Assembly (NCBI GenBank): GCA_965205265.1 | Contig: CBDBGH010000003.1 | Location: forward strand, 864,001 to 928,000 | Direction: 5' to 3' | DNA length: 64,000 bases | Origin: Alphaproteobacteria bacterium | Lineage (GTDB): Bacteria > Pseudomonadota > Alphaproteobacteria > Bin95 | Part shown: in pieces, positions 10,704 through 20,265 of the stretch | Numbering within the stretch: the first letter of the stretch is position 1 | Layout of the letters: each line of letters starts with the position of its first letter | Notes under the pieces: generated by a model | Database searches by the model: none | What the model was told of the DNA's origin: nothing | Seen by the model: the letters and a program-made list of their open reading frames with translations, nothing else | Translations under genes and position numbers: made by a program

Positions 10704-11186
10704 TCAGAAAGCGAGCGCCCGGCGCATCAGGTCGAGCGCGGCCTCGGCGAAGCGCCACATATTCGCCTCGCGGTCGGCGTCGCCCGTCTCGAGCGTCTCG
10801 GCGAAGTCGATGGCGCCGGAGACCGCTAGGCAGCTGTGGCCCGGTGCATCGCCGTAGCGGTTGCCGTCCGGGCCGGCGGCCCCCGTCTCCGCGAGGCCCC
10901 AGTCCGTGCCGAAAATGCTGCGGGCCCGACCCGCCAGCAGCTGCGCATAGGGCTCGGAGGAGGAGCGCAGGCCGCGCATGTCGTCCTCGCCGATGCGCGC
11001 CAGCTCGCGCCGCGCCTCCAGCGTGTAGATGACCCCGCCGCCCCGGTAGTAGCGGCTGGCGCCCGGCACGGCCAGCAGCGCCGCCGAGACCAGCCCGCCG
11101 GACGAACTCTCGAACACTGCAATCGTCTGTCCGCGTTCCTTCAGCGCCGCGCCGATATCCGCGGCCATGCTTTCCAGCCTGCTCAT
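10704..11186 (-). CDS. CinA/PncC C-terminal domain protein
   Basis: AVFESSSGGLVSAAL..VPGAS.YY, ETGAAGP. Confidence 0.85.
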   Translation of the reverse strand: MSRLESMAADIGAALKERGQTIAVFESSSGGLVSAALLAVPGASRYYRGGGVIYTLEARRELARIGEDDMRGLRSSSEPYAQLLAGRARSIFGTDWGLAETGAAGPDGNRYGDAPGHSCLAVSGAIDFAETLETGDADREANMWRFAEAALDLMRRALAF

Positions 11187-11189
11187 GGC

Positions 11190-12578
11190 TCAATATCCCT
11201 CCGGCGTGCGGCGATGCCAGTCCGTCGCCTGCTCATAGGCCCAGCCGATGCGGAGCGCGAGCGCCTCATCGCCGTCGCGGGCGTTGACGAGCAGCGAGGT
11301 CGGCATGCCGGCGTTCGTGAAACCGTTGCGCAGCGCAAGGCCGGTCAGGCCGAGATAGTTGCCCATGCGGGTCACGGTCGCGGGCGTCGTCTTCTGGTCC
11401 ACCTCCGCGACGGGGATCGCGGCGAAGCAGGCGGTCGGCGTCAGCAGCGCGTCGATCCCGTCCATCGCGTCGTCGAAGGCCGCCATGATCGCCTCGCGGT
11501 CCAGCAAGGTCGCGACATAGTCCCGGGCCGGCAGCCGCCCGCCAGCCGCCACGCGCGGGCGCACGTCGGGGTCCAGCTGCTGCTCCTCGTTGTCGATGAT
11601 GTCCTTCAGGTGGGTGTAGCTCTCCGCGCCGATGATGTTGGCGACGAGTTCCGCGAAATCCGCCATCGCGCGCGGCATGTCGATGTCCACGACATGCGCG
11701 CCGAGCTCTTCGAACACGGCGAGCGAAGCGTCGTAGGCCGCGAGGACCTCCGCATCGAAGCCCGGCCTCTCGGAGTCCGGCATCCGCGCCAGGCGTAGGC
11801 CGCGCACGCCCCGGCGCAGCTCCGAAGTCGCGTCAGCGGGCGCCAGCCGGCGGGTCTTCGGGTCGCGCGGGTCGGGGCCCTGCATCGCTTCCAGCAGCCA
11901 GGCGCAGTCCTCGACCGCGCGGGCAAGCGGCCCCGGCGTGTCGAGGGTGTGGGAGAGCGGCAGCACGCCGTGGGTGCTGATCCGCCCGACCGAGGTCTTG
12001 AGGCCGGCCGTGCCGCAGAAGGCCGCCGGCAGCCGCACCGAGCCGCCGGTGTCGGTGCCGATGCCGCAGGGGATGAGCCCGGCGCCGACGCCCGCGCCCG
12101 TGCCGCTCGACGAGCCGCCGGGAATGCGGTGGGTGTCGCGGTCCCAGGGGTTCCAGGGCGTGCCGAGCGAGTTGTTCGTGCCCCAGCCGCCATAGGCGAA
12201 CTCGACCGTGTGGGTCTTGCCGACCACGACCATGCCGGCGGCGCGCAGCCGCTCGACAAGGGTGGCGGTGGTCGGCGAGATGCGCTCCTTCCAGATCGCC
12301 GCGCCGCCGGTCGTGACCCGGCCTTCCATGTCGCAGAGGTCCTTGACGCCGATGGGGATGCCGTGCAGCGGGCCGATGCGGTGCCCGGCCCGGATCGCCC
12401 TGTGCGCGGCCTCCGCCGCCTCGCACGCCTCGTCGGCATAGACGGCGGCGAAGGCATGCAGCTTCGGGTCGAGGCTGGCGATCCGGTCGAGGCAGGTCTC
12501 GGTCACTTCCACGGGTGACAGCCGCCCGGCGGCGATTTCCGGGGCAAGCTCGTGGATCGGGGCGAAGGGGTCCGACAT
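11190..12578 (-). CDS. Amidase signature family enzyme
   Basis: GPLHGIPIGVKD, PGGSSSG, GTDTGGSVRLPA. Confidence 0.93.
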   Translation of the reverse strand: MSDPFAPIHELAPEIAAGRLSPVEVTETCLDRIASLDPKLHAFAAVYADEACEAAEAAHRAIRAGHRIGPLHGIPIGVKDLCDMEGRVTTGGAAIWKERISPTTATLVERLRAAGMVVVGKTHTVEFAYGGWGTNNSLGTPWNPWDRDTHRIPGGSSSGTGAGVGAGLIPCGIGTDTGGSVRLPAAFCGTAGLKTSVGRISTHGVLPLSHTLDTPGPLARAVEDCAWLLEAMQGPDPRDPKTRRLAPADATSELRRGVRGLRLARMPDSERPGFDAEVLAAYDASLAVFEELGAHVVDIDMPRAMADFAELVANIIGAESYTHLKDIIDNEEQQLDPDVRPRVAAGGRLPARDYVATLLDREAIMAAFDDAMDGIDALLTPTACFAAIPVAEVDQKTTPATVTRMGNYLGLTGLALRNGFTNAGMPTSLLVNARDGDEALALRIGWAYEQATDWHRRTPEGY

Positions 12579-12718
12579 GGGGCACGATCTCCTGAGGGAG
12601 GCGGGAGAGGCGCAGGATAGGGTCATCTCTGCTCCGGGGCGAGCCGCCCGCGGTATGGCGCCGGCGGCGCGGCGGGGATAGCATCGCCGCCGGCGGAGAA
12701 AACCGGGGAGGGGAGGCC

Positions 12719-13876
12719 ATGGCGGCATCCTTGCGGGGCAGGGCGGCGGTCGTCGGCATCGGCGAGACGGCCTATGAGCGCGGCTCGGACAAGAGCGCGC
12801 TCGCGCTGCAATTGGAGGCGTCGCTGAAGGCCGTGGCGGATGCGGGGCTGGAGCCGAAGGACATCGACGGCCTCCTGCCCTATGCCTCGGGCGCGGCCGT
12901 CGCCGAGGACTTCATCACCAATTTCGGGCTGGAGGACGTGACCTTCTCCGCCACCACGCCGATGGGCGGGGCAAGCTGCGTCGCGGCGATACAGGCCGCC
13001 GTGATCGCCGTGGCGACCGGGCTTTGCCGCAATGTGCTGCTGCCGATCGGGCGGCGCGGCTATTCGGACTCGCGGGTGGCGTCCCGGGTGGGCGCCATGC
13101 CGCAATTCCATGTCGTCTCGGAGTTCGAGGCGCCGTCGGGAACGCTCGCCCCGGCGCAGCTCTACGCCCCCATGGCGCGCCGCCACATGGAGCTCTACGG
13201 CACGACGACCGACCAGTTCGCCGAGGTCGCCGTCACCATGCGCCGCCACGCCATGCTGAACGACAACGCCATCATGCAAAAGCCGATGACGGTCGAGGAC
13301 CATCATGCGTCCCGGATGATTTCCGACCCGTTCCGCCTCTTCGACTGCTGCCTGGAGAGCGACGGCGGCGCGGCGGTGGTCATCTCCGGCGCCGAGCGCG
13401 CGGCGGACACGCGCCGCCCGGTGCCGGTCCTGGGCGTCGCCGAGGGCCATCCGGACTCGCCGAGTGTCATCACCCAGCGCCCGGAGATCACGCGCCTCGG
13501 GCTCGCCAAGGCCGCGCCGCGCGCCTTCGGTATGGCGGGCGTGCGCCCCGAAGATGTCGATGTCGCGGAAATCTACGACTGCTTCACCTGGACGGTGATC
13601 TGCGAGCTTGAGGACCTCGGCTTCTGTGCCAAGGGAGAAGGCGGGGCCTTTGTCGAGAACGGGCGCATCGGGCTCGGCGGGGCGCTGCCGGTCAACACGC
13701 ATGGCGGCCTGCTCAGCCAGGCGCATATCGTCGGCATGAACCATGTCTGCGAGCTGGTGAAGCAGATGCGCGGCGAGGCGGGCCGGGCGCAGGTGGCGGA
13801 TGCCGAAATCGGCCTCGTCACCGGCTATGGCGACCTCGGCGACGGCTCGCTCGCCATCATGGGGGCGGCGGCGTGA
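12719..13876 (+). CDS. Thiolase-like (SCP2/lipid-transfer type) protein
   Basis: DCCLESDGGAA, EIYDCFT, NTHGGLLS. Confidence 0.9.
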   Translation: MAASLRGRAAVVGIGETAYERGSDKSALALQLEASLKAVADAGLEPKDIDGLLPYASGAAVAEDFITNFGLEDVTFSATTPMGGASCVAAIQAAVIAVATGLCRNVLLPIGRRGYSDSRVASRVGAMPQFHVVSEFEAPSGTLAPAQLYAPMARRHMELYGTTTDQFAEVAVTMRRHAMLNDNAIMQKPMTVEDHHASRMISDPFRLFDCCLESDGGAAVVISGAERAADTRRPVPVLGVAEGHPDSPSVITQRPEITRLGLAKAAPRAFGMAGVRPEDVDVAEIYDCFTWTVICELEDLGFCAKGEGGAFVENGRIGLGGALPVNTHGGLLSQAHIVGMNHVCELVKQMRGEAGRAQVADAEIGLVTGYGDLGDGSLAIMGAAA

Positions 13877-14277
13877 CTGCCGCCCGCCCGGCGCCGGAGC
13901 CGACCATCGATTCGAAGCCTTACTGGGACGGGTTGAAGGAGCGCCGCCTGCTGCTCCAGCAATGCGGCGACTGCGGAGCGGTCCGCCACTATCCCCGCCC
14001 GATGTGCGCCGAATGCCATTCGCTGGAGGTCGGCTGGATCGAGTCGTCGAGGCAGGGCCGGCTTTACGCTTGGACGGAGGTCCACCACCCCTTCGTCCCC
14101 GGCTTCCGCGAAGAAATCCCCTATGTCATGGCGACGGTAGAACTGGCCGAAGGCGTCCGCCTCCAATGCCAGATGCTCGGAGCGGAGGCGGACACGCTCC
14201 GGCTGGACCTGCCGGTGGAAATCGTCTTCCGGGAAGTGCAGGATGGTTTGGTCCTGCCGTTTGCGCAGGTCGTTTAG
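13873..14277 (+). CDS. Zn-ribbon/OB-fold (DUF35) partner of the thiolase
   Basis: CxxC...CxxC (QCGDC, MCAEC), PYVMATVELAEG; translationally coupled. Confidence 0.9.
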   Translation: MTAARPAPEPTIDSKPYWDGLKERRLLLQQCGDCGAVRHYPRPMCAECHSLEVGWIESSRQGRLYAWTEVHHPFVPGFREEIPYVMATVELAEGVRLQCQMLGAEADTLRLDLPVEIVFREVQDGLVLPFAQVV

Positions 14278-14287
14278 ACTGCTGACG

Positions 14288-15334
14288 ATGCCTGACCTTT
14301 CGAGACTTGAATCCCTGATCGAGCGACTGGCCGGGATCGACTTCTCGCAAAGCAGCGAGCAGGACACGCGCGAAATAGCGGTGAATACTATCATCGGCGA
14401 GTTGGGTTGGGACACGCTCGACCGCAATGAGGTCGCCCGCGAATATTCGGTCCGGGGCGGGCGGGTGGACTACTGTCTTCGCAGCCAGACACGCAATCTC
14501 GTCCTGATCGAGGTGAAGCGGGCAGGTACGAACCTTGCCGAGCATCAGGAGCAGCTGCTGCGCTATGCTTTCGATGAGGGCGTGCCGCTGGCAGCGCTTA
14601 CGGATGGCCTCGTCTGGTGGCTCTATTTGCCGACGGCTGAAGGAAGCTGGGAGCAGCGGCGCTTCGCCCGCGTGAACTTCCGCGAACAACAGGCCGCCGA
14701 AGCGGCCGCAACGCTTTACCGCTTCCTCAACCGTAGCAGCGTTGTAAGCGGTGAGGCGCAGGAGGAAGCCAGGCGGGAATTCGAAAGTCAGGAGCGCGAG
14801 TGGCTCGTTCGGACCGCTCTACAAGATGCGTGGCAGCGGGTGCTGGGCGATCCGGATAGCCTGTTGCGCGAAGAACTGGCCGACGCGGTGGAGGATATAT
14901 CGGGCCATCGTCCTGACCGGGACACGATTGCTGGCTTTTTACAAAGGATGCTGGGAAACGCTGGCACAGGAGGTGAAACGGCCATTGTCCGAACAACGCA
15001 ATCCGAGGCCGCGATACAGCCGCAAAAGTCATATCGGCGTTCCGATGCTACCGACAACGATGAGGTGATGCCGAGATCGCGAGGCCCCTTGCCCATTGAG
15101 CTCGATCCGCCTCGGCAGGAAGATTTTCTGAGGATGTTGCTCCGAACCAAACGTGCGCGGATAGTCGAATTTTATCATGATGGGCACACTAAGGAGCAGC
15201 CTTGGGATGCTCGCAATATGTCATCATCTTCCAACGTTATAGGCAATATTCGAAGCCGTCCGCGTTACAGGGCGGGGGTATGGCAGCGGTCTGGAATCGT
15301 GTTGTTGCGAGTAAATGTTGAAGGGGCAAGCTAA
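14288..15334 (+). CDS. HsdR-N-like PD-(D/E)xK nuclease with an unknown C-terminal domain
   Basis: SEQDTR...ELGW...EY...RVDY.L...IEVKR...QLLRYA...LTDG..W; visibly lower GC than its neighbours. Confidence 0.75.
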   Translation: MPDLSRLESLIERLAGIDFSQSSEQDTREIAVNTIIGELGWDTLDRNEVAREYSVRGGRVDYCLRSQTRNLVLIEVKRAGTNLAEHQEQLLRYAFDEGVPLAALTDGLVWWLYLPTAEGSWEQRRFARVNFREQQAAEAAATLYRFLNRSSVVSGEAQEEARREFESQEREWLVRTALQDAWQRVLGDPDSLLREELADAVEDISGHRPDRDTIAGFLQRMLGNAGTGGETAIVRTTQSEAAIQPQKSYRRSDATDNDEVMPRSRGPLPIELDPPRQEDFLRMLLRTKRARIVEFYHDGHTKEQPWDARNMSSSSNVIGNIRSRPRYRAGVWQRSGIVLLRVNVEGAS

Positions 15335-15427
15335 TCGGAACGTCAGCGGTTCCGACGACGGCTTTCGCGTCGAACGCGCGGAACCGCCTCCGGGGCTGCA
15401 ATAGTTATGCAGCGTTGGGAACGTGAC

Positions 15428-15652
15428 ATGCTTGAGATCAGCCTGCCCGAAGACATGGAACGCCGTCTTGAACGGCTCGCGAAGGCGACGGGGCGGACCG
15501 AGGCATTTTATGCCCGCGAGGCCATTCTGGCGCATCTCGACGATCTGGAAGACCTGTATCTGGCCGAACAGCGGCTGATCGACAACCGGGCCGGGCGATC
15601 GCGAACCTACACGCTGGAAGAAGTAGAACGCGAGTTCGGTCTGGAGGACTGA
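15428..15652 (+). CDS. Ribbon-helix-helix antitoxin (RelB/StbD-like), no toxin downstream
   Basis: MLEISLPEDMERRLERLAKATGRT.AFYAREAI..HLDDLEDLYLAE. Confidence 0.85.
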   Translation: MLEISLPEDMERRLERLAKATGRTEAFYAREAILAHLDDLEDLYLAEQRLIDNRAGRSRTYTLEEVEREFGLED

Positions 15653-15667
15653 CGCCGGGTGTCGCGA

Positions 15668-15693
15668 GGCCCCGGCTCGGGGGCCGGGGCGAC
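15668..15693. repeat. REP-like palindrome
   Basis: GGCCCCGGCTCGGGGGCCGGGGCGAC, imperfect hairpin between convergent genes. Confidence 0.5.
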
Positions 15694-15720
15694 GATGTCG
15701 GGCTTGGACCGTTCCCGCGC

Positions 15721-16392
15721 TCAGACGTAAGTCACCACCTCGCCAAGCGACTTGCGGGCGATATCCGGCACCGTCGCGTTCTCGTCGGGATAGCCGGCCA
15801 CCAGCAGCAGGAAGGGGCGCTCGCTGGCCTTCGGGCGGCCCAGTATTTCGTTCAGGAACTTCATCGGGCTCGGCGTGTGCGTCAGCGTCGCCAGACCGGC
15901 CGTGTGCAGGGCCGCGATCAGCATGCCCGTGGCGATCCCGACCGATTCCATCGGGTAGTAGTGCTTGACCCGGCGGCCATCGGCCAGCCGCCCGTATCTC
16001 TGGGCGAAGACCGCGATCAGCCAGGGCGCGGTTTCGAGGAAGGGCTTGCGCTCGTCCGTGCCGAGCGGGGCGAGCGCGTCCAGCCATTCCTGCGGTGCCC
16101 TGTGGCGGTAGAACTCGCGCTCCTCCTCCTCGGCGGCGATCCTTATGCGCCGCTTCGTTTCCGGGTCGCCCACCAGGACGAAATGCCAGGGCTGCAGGTT
16201 GGCGCCGCTGGGCGCGGTCGCGGCGGCGCCCAGGCAGTCGTCGATGACGGCGCGCGGCACGGGCCGGCTGGAGAAGTCGCGCACAGTGCGCCGGCGCTTC
16301 AGCTCCTCGTGGAAGGCGCGCGCCCGCCGCGCCATCTCGTCCTCGGGATATTCCCGGTAGCCGGGCAGCGGTATGAAGGACGCTTCGGTCAT
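15721..16392 (-). CDS. Nitroreductase, iodotyrosine deiodinase (IYD)-like
   Basis: [59 protein letters not shown]. Confidence 0.88.
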   Translation of the reverse strand: MTEASFIPLPGYREYPEDEMARRARAFHEELKRRRTVRDFSSRPVPRAVIDDCLGAAATAPSGANLQPWHFVLVGDPETKRRIRIAAEEEEREFYRHRAPQEWLDALAPLGTDERKPFLETAPWLIAVFAQRYGRLADGRRVKHYYPMESVGIATGMLIAALHTAGLATLTHTPSPMKFLNEILGRPKASERPFLLLVAGYPDENATVPDIARKSLGEVVTYV

Positions 16393-16507
16393 GGGGCTGT
16401 CCCCGAAAGCGGAAAGGCGGAGCCCATGACAGTCGCCTGTTCGCCGCCGGCGTCAAGGCGTAAGGTCCGGAACGGGCGGCGATGCGCATTATTCCCGGGG
16501 CGGCAGG

Positions 16508-18478
16508 ATGACCGAGACCTTTCCCAACCTGTTCAGCCCGCTCGCCGTCGGCAGCTACACGCTCCGCAACCGGATCATGAACACCGGACACGCCGCCCAC
16601 CACCAGTTGCCGGACGGCACGCCCTCGGAAGCCTATGTCCACTATCTGCGCGAACGGGCGAAAGGCGGCGCCGGCATCATCGTCACCGGGCATACCGTGC
16701 CGGTGTATGACGGCGAGACGACGCTGGCCTTCACGAATTTCCATGACGGCATCGTTCCGGTCTATCGGCGGATTGCCGACGCCGTGCATGAATTCGATGT
16801 GCCGGTCCTGGCCCAGCTCGGGCATCGCGGGCGGCGCGTATCCGATGTTTCGGCCTTCCTGGGACGGCCCGTCACGGCGCCCTCTGCCGTGCCGCCGCCG
16901 GATTTCTCCGTGCCGGTTTACATGCCGCACGAACTCTCCACCGCCGAGGCCGAAGACCTCGTCGAGAGCTTCGCAAAGGCCGCCCGCCGCGTGCGCGAGG
17001 GCGGTTTCGATGGCGTCGAATTGGCGGTGGGCATGGACTACCTGTTCGCCAACTTCCTCCACCCGCACGGGAACCGGAGAACGGACAAATACGGGGGCGG
17101 GACGATGGAGGAGCGCATGACGTTCCTCGGCGAGACGCTCATGGCGGTCCGCTCCGAACTGGGGGCGGAGCGGCTGCTCGGCGTCCGCCTCTACGACGAT
17201 GTCATGGATTACAGCGTGCAATTGCCGGACCTCGTCGGGCTTGCGCGGATTCTGGACCGGGAAGACCTGGTCGATTACTTCAACATCTGGCACGGGATCG
17301 TGCCGAGCCCGAGGCAGGGCCGCGCGCACTGGCCGAGCCACTATTACCAGCCGGGCGCCTTCACCTATCTGCCGGCTGCGGTGAAGGCCGTCGTCACGCG
17401 GCCCGTGGTCGGCACCGGGAGGATGGACTCGCCGGCCGTCGCCGAGCGCCTTCTTGCCGAGGGCAAGGCCGACATTGCCGGCATGGCGAAGACCCTGATC
17501 GCCGACCCGCACTTCCCGAACAAGGCCCGGCAGGGGCGCGTCGCGGACATCCGCCCCTGCATCGCCTGCACCCAGTCCTGCGTCGGGCATGTCGATCTCG
17601 GGCTCGGCGTCGGCTGCATCTACAATCCGGTCACGGGCCGGGAGAAGGACTGGGCCGAACTCCCGCCGGCCGCGGCGAGAAAGCGGGTCGTCATCGTCGG
17701 CGGGGGCCCGGCGGGCATGGAGGCCGCGCGCGTGGCAGGCGAGCGGGGCCACGAAGTCATCCTTATGGACCGGGGCCGGCGGCTCGGCGGCCAGGTCGGC
17801 CTGATCCTGAAGACGCCGGACCGCGCCAATTTCGAGGAGATCATCCTCTGGTTCGAGCGGCAACTGCCGAAATGCGGCGTCGAAGTGCGCCTGAAGACCG
17901 AGGCAACGGCCGAAACCGTGCTGGCCGCGGAGCCCGACGAGATCGTGCTGGCGACAGGCTCCACCGCCTGGCTGCCGGAAGTCGCGGGAACGGACCTGGC
18001 GCATGTCTTCTCCACCCGCGATGTCCTGTCGGGCAATGCGGCGCCCGGCGAAGCCGTGCTCGTGGTCGATACGCTGGGCCGGGCCGAGGCCGCCACGACC
18101 GCCGACTACCTTGCGAGCCAGGGGCACCGGGTCGAGCTTCTGACGGGGCTGGAGACGATTGCGCCCTTCATGCCCTCCCCGGCGCGCCACCACCTGCTGG
18201 AAAAGCTGATGAAGGCCGGCGTCGCCCTGACCACCCACACGGCGCTCTGGGAAATCGGGGAGGCCGCCGTCGAGACGTATAATGTCGTAACCTGGGAGCC
18301 GAGGACGATAGAGGGGTTCGACAGCGTCGTGTTCGGGTCGGGCGGCAAGGCCGATACAGGGCTCTACAGGGAGCTTTCGGCGCACAGGGAAGGTCTGCGC
18401 CTCATCGGCGACTGCTTTCAGCCCCGCGATATCGAGGTCGCGGTCGTGGACGGGCACCGGGCGGGGCGGGCGCTGTGA
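16508..18478 (+). CDS. NADH:flavin oxidoreductase (OYE barrel, Fe-S, FAD domain)
   Basis: LRNRI, ERAKGGAG, N.RTD.YGG, CIACTQSC...C, GGGPAGMEAA. Confidence 0.9.
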   Translation: MTETFPNLFSPLAVGSYTLRNRIMNTGHAAHHQLPDGTPSEAYVHYLRERAKGGAGIIVTGHTVPVYDGETTLAFTNFHDGIVPVYRRIADAVHEFDVPVLAQLGHRGRRVSDVSAFLGRPVTAPSAVPPPDFSVPVYMPHELSTAEAEDLVESFAKAARRVREGGFDGVELAVGMDYLFANFLHPHGNRRTDKYGGGTMEERMTFLGETLMAVRSELGAERLLGVRLYDDVMDYSVQLPDLVGLARILDREDLVDYFNIWHGIVPSPRQGRAHWPSHYYQPGAFTYLPAAVKAVVTRPVVGTGRMDSPAVAERLLAEGKADIAGMAKTLIADPHFPNKARQGRVADIRPCIACTQSCVGHVDLGLGVGCIYNPVTGREKDWAELPPAAARKRVVIVGGGPAGMEAARVAGERGHEVILMDRGRRLGGQVGLILKTPDRANFEEIILWFERQLPKCGVEVRLKTEATAETVLAAEPDEIVLATGSTAWLPEVAGTDLAHVFSTRDVLSGNAAPGEAVLVVDTLGRAEAATTADYLASQGHRVELLTGLETIAPFMPSPARHHLLEKLMKAGVALTTHTALWEIGEAAVETYNVVTWEPRTIEGFDSVVFGSGGKADTGLYRELSAHREGLRLIGDCFQPRDIEVAVVDGHRAGRAL

Positions 18479-19419
18479 GCCCGCGCCCGCTGATCGTCGA
18501 TTGCGACCCCGGCCAGGACGATGCCGTCGCCCTGCTGATGGCCTTCGCCGCGCCGGAAGAGTTCGACCTTCTGGGCATTACGGCCGTTGCCGGCAATGTC
18601 CCGCTGGCGCTGACCGAGAGCAATGCCCGGCGGATCAGGGACCTCGGGGGCCGGCCGGAGGTGCCGGTCTATGCCGGCTGCCCGCGCCCCCTGGTGCGCG
18701 AGCCGGTCACCGCCGAGCGCATCCACGGGGCCACGGGCATCGACGGCGCCGACCTGCCGGAGCCGGGCCGTCCGGCCGAAGCGGCGCACGCGGTCGATTT
18801 CCTGGTCGAAACGCTCCTCTCGGCGCCGGAACCCGTCACGCTCGCCACGCTTGGGCCCCTTACCAATGTCGCGCTCGCCATCGTCAAGAACCCGGCGGTG
18901 CTCGCGAATCTGCGCGAGATCGTGGCGATGGGCGGGGCCATCGGCACCGGCAATGTCACCGCGTCCGCCGAGTTCAACATCTTCGCCGACCCGCACGCGG
19001 CGCATGTCGTGTTCGAGGCCGGCGCGCCGCTCACCATGATCGGGCTCGACGTGACCCACCAGGCGATTGCGACGCCGCCGAGGCTGGAGGCGATCCGCGC
19101 GCTCGGCACGGCGCCGGCGGCGGCCGTCTGCGGCATGCTCGACCTCTACGGCGCGAAGAACATGGCCGCCTACCATCACGGCGCGCCGCTGCACGACCCC
19201 TGCGTGATCGCTTACCTGCTGGAACCCGGACTTTTCGAAGGCCGGGAGATGCGCGTCGATATCGATATCGCCGACGGCCCCTGTTTCGGGCGCACGGTTT
19301 GCGATGTGCGCGGGTGCAGCGGCCGGCCCGCCAATGCCCGCGTGCTCGAACGGCTCGACGCCGACGGCTTCTTCGCGCTGCTGACGGAGCGCCTGGCGCG
19401 GCTGCCGGCCGGCGCTTAG
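18475..19419 (+). CDS. Inosine/uridine-preferring nucleoside hydrolase
   Basis: DCDPGQDDA, LGPLTN, AEFN..ADPHAA, LHDP. Confidence 0.93.
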   Translation: MSPRPLIVDCDPGQDDAVALLMAFAAPEEFDLLGITAVAGNVPLALTESNARRIRDLGGRPEVPVYAGCPRPLVREPVTAERIHGATGIDGADLPEPGRPAEAAHAVDFLVETLLSAPEPVTLATLGPLTNVALAIVKNPAVLANLREIVAMGGAIGTGNVTASAEFNIFADPHAAHVVFEAGAPLTMIGLDVTHQAIATPPRLEAIRALGTAPAAAVCGMLDLYGAKNMAAYHHGAPLHDPCVIAYLLEPGLFEGREMRVDIDIADGPCFGRTVCDVRGCSGRPANARVLERLDADGFFALLTERLARLPAGA

Positions 19420-19460
19420 CGGCAGGAACGACTGCTTCCGAAAGACCTGAGAGGGAAACC

Positions 19461-20213
19461 ATGTCCGACAAACCCATAGCCCTGGTGACGGGCGGCGCGC
19501 AGGGGATCGGCTACGCCTGCGCCGAAGCGCTTGCCGAAGACGGCCACCGTCCGATCCTCGCCGACATAAAGGAAGACGGCGTGCGGGACGCCGCCGCAAG
19601 GCTCGGCGACGGGGCCGCGGGCCTCATCTGCGACATGGGCGACCCGGCCGCCATCGCCGCGCTGTTCGACCGGATCGAGAACGACTACGGGCCGGTCTCG
19701 GTGCTGGTGAACAATGCCGGCGTCGCGCTGCCGGGGGACTTCCTCGCCTACGACCTGGGCGATTTCCAGCGGGTTATCGGCGTCAACCTCGTCGGCGTCT
19801 TCGCCGCCACGCAGCGCGCGGCCAGGACGATGGTGGACAAGGGCATCCGGGGCGCCATCGTCAACATGTCCTCCATCAACGCCCAGGTCGCGATCCCGGC
19901 GATCCCCGCCTATTGCGCCTCGAAGGGCGGCGTCATGCAGATCACGAAAGCGGCCGCGCTCGCGCTGGCACCGCACGGCATCAGGGTCAATGCCGTCGGG
20001 CCCGGCTCCATCGACACGGAGATGATGGCGGGCGTGAACGCCAACCCGGAAGCGATGCAGGTGGCTATGTCGCGCACGCCGCTCAAGCGCCTGGGCTCGC
20101 CGCGCGAGATCGGCGATGTCGTGGCCTTCCTCGCCTCGGAAAAGGCGAGCTACATCACCGGCGAAACCATCTATGTCGATGGCGGGCGGCTGGGGCTCAA
20201 CTACACCTGTTGA
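19461..20213 (+). CDS. SDR family oxidoreductase
   Basis: TGGAQGIG, NNAG, YCASK. Confidence 0.93.
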   Translation: MSDKPIALVTGGAQGIGYACAEALAEDGHRPILADIKEDGVRDAAARLGDGAAGLICDMGDPAAIAALFDRIENDYGPVSVLVNNAGVALPGDFLAYDLGDFQRVIGVNLVGVFAATQRAARTMVDKGIRGAIVNMSSINAQVAIPAIPAYCASKGGVMQITKAAALALAPHGIRVNAVGPGSIDTEMMAGVNANPEAMQVAMSRTPLKRLGSPREIGDVVAFLASEKASYITGETIYVDGGRLGLNYTC

Positions 20214-20223
20214 ACGGTCGGGG

Positions 20224-20250
20224 GCGGGCGGCCCGGAACGGGCCGCCCGT
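20224..20250. terminator. Hairpin between the convergent SDR and ilvD genes
   Basis: GCGGGCGGCCCG-GAA-CGGGCCGCCCGT. Confidence 0.6.
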
Positions 20251-20265
20251 CGTCTCTCGATTCTC

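Noticed and set aside
15224-18457. 1077-aa minus-strand ORF and many other long antisense or alternate-frame ORFs (e.g. 3615-4862, 20116-21981, 56178-57902, 62606-63985)
   Set aside because: Shadow ORFs of real genes in high-GC DNA; Arg/Pro/Ala-rich with no motifs.
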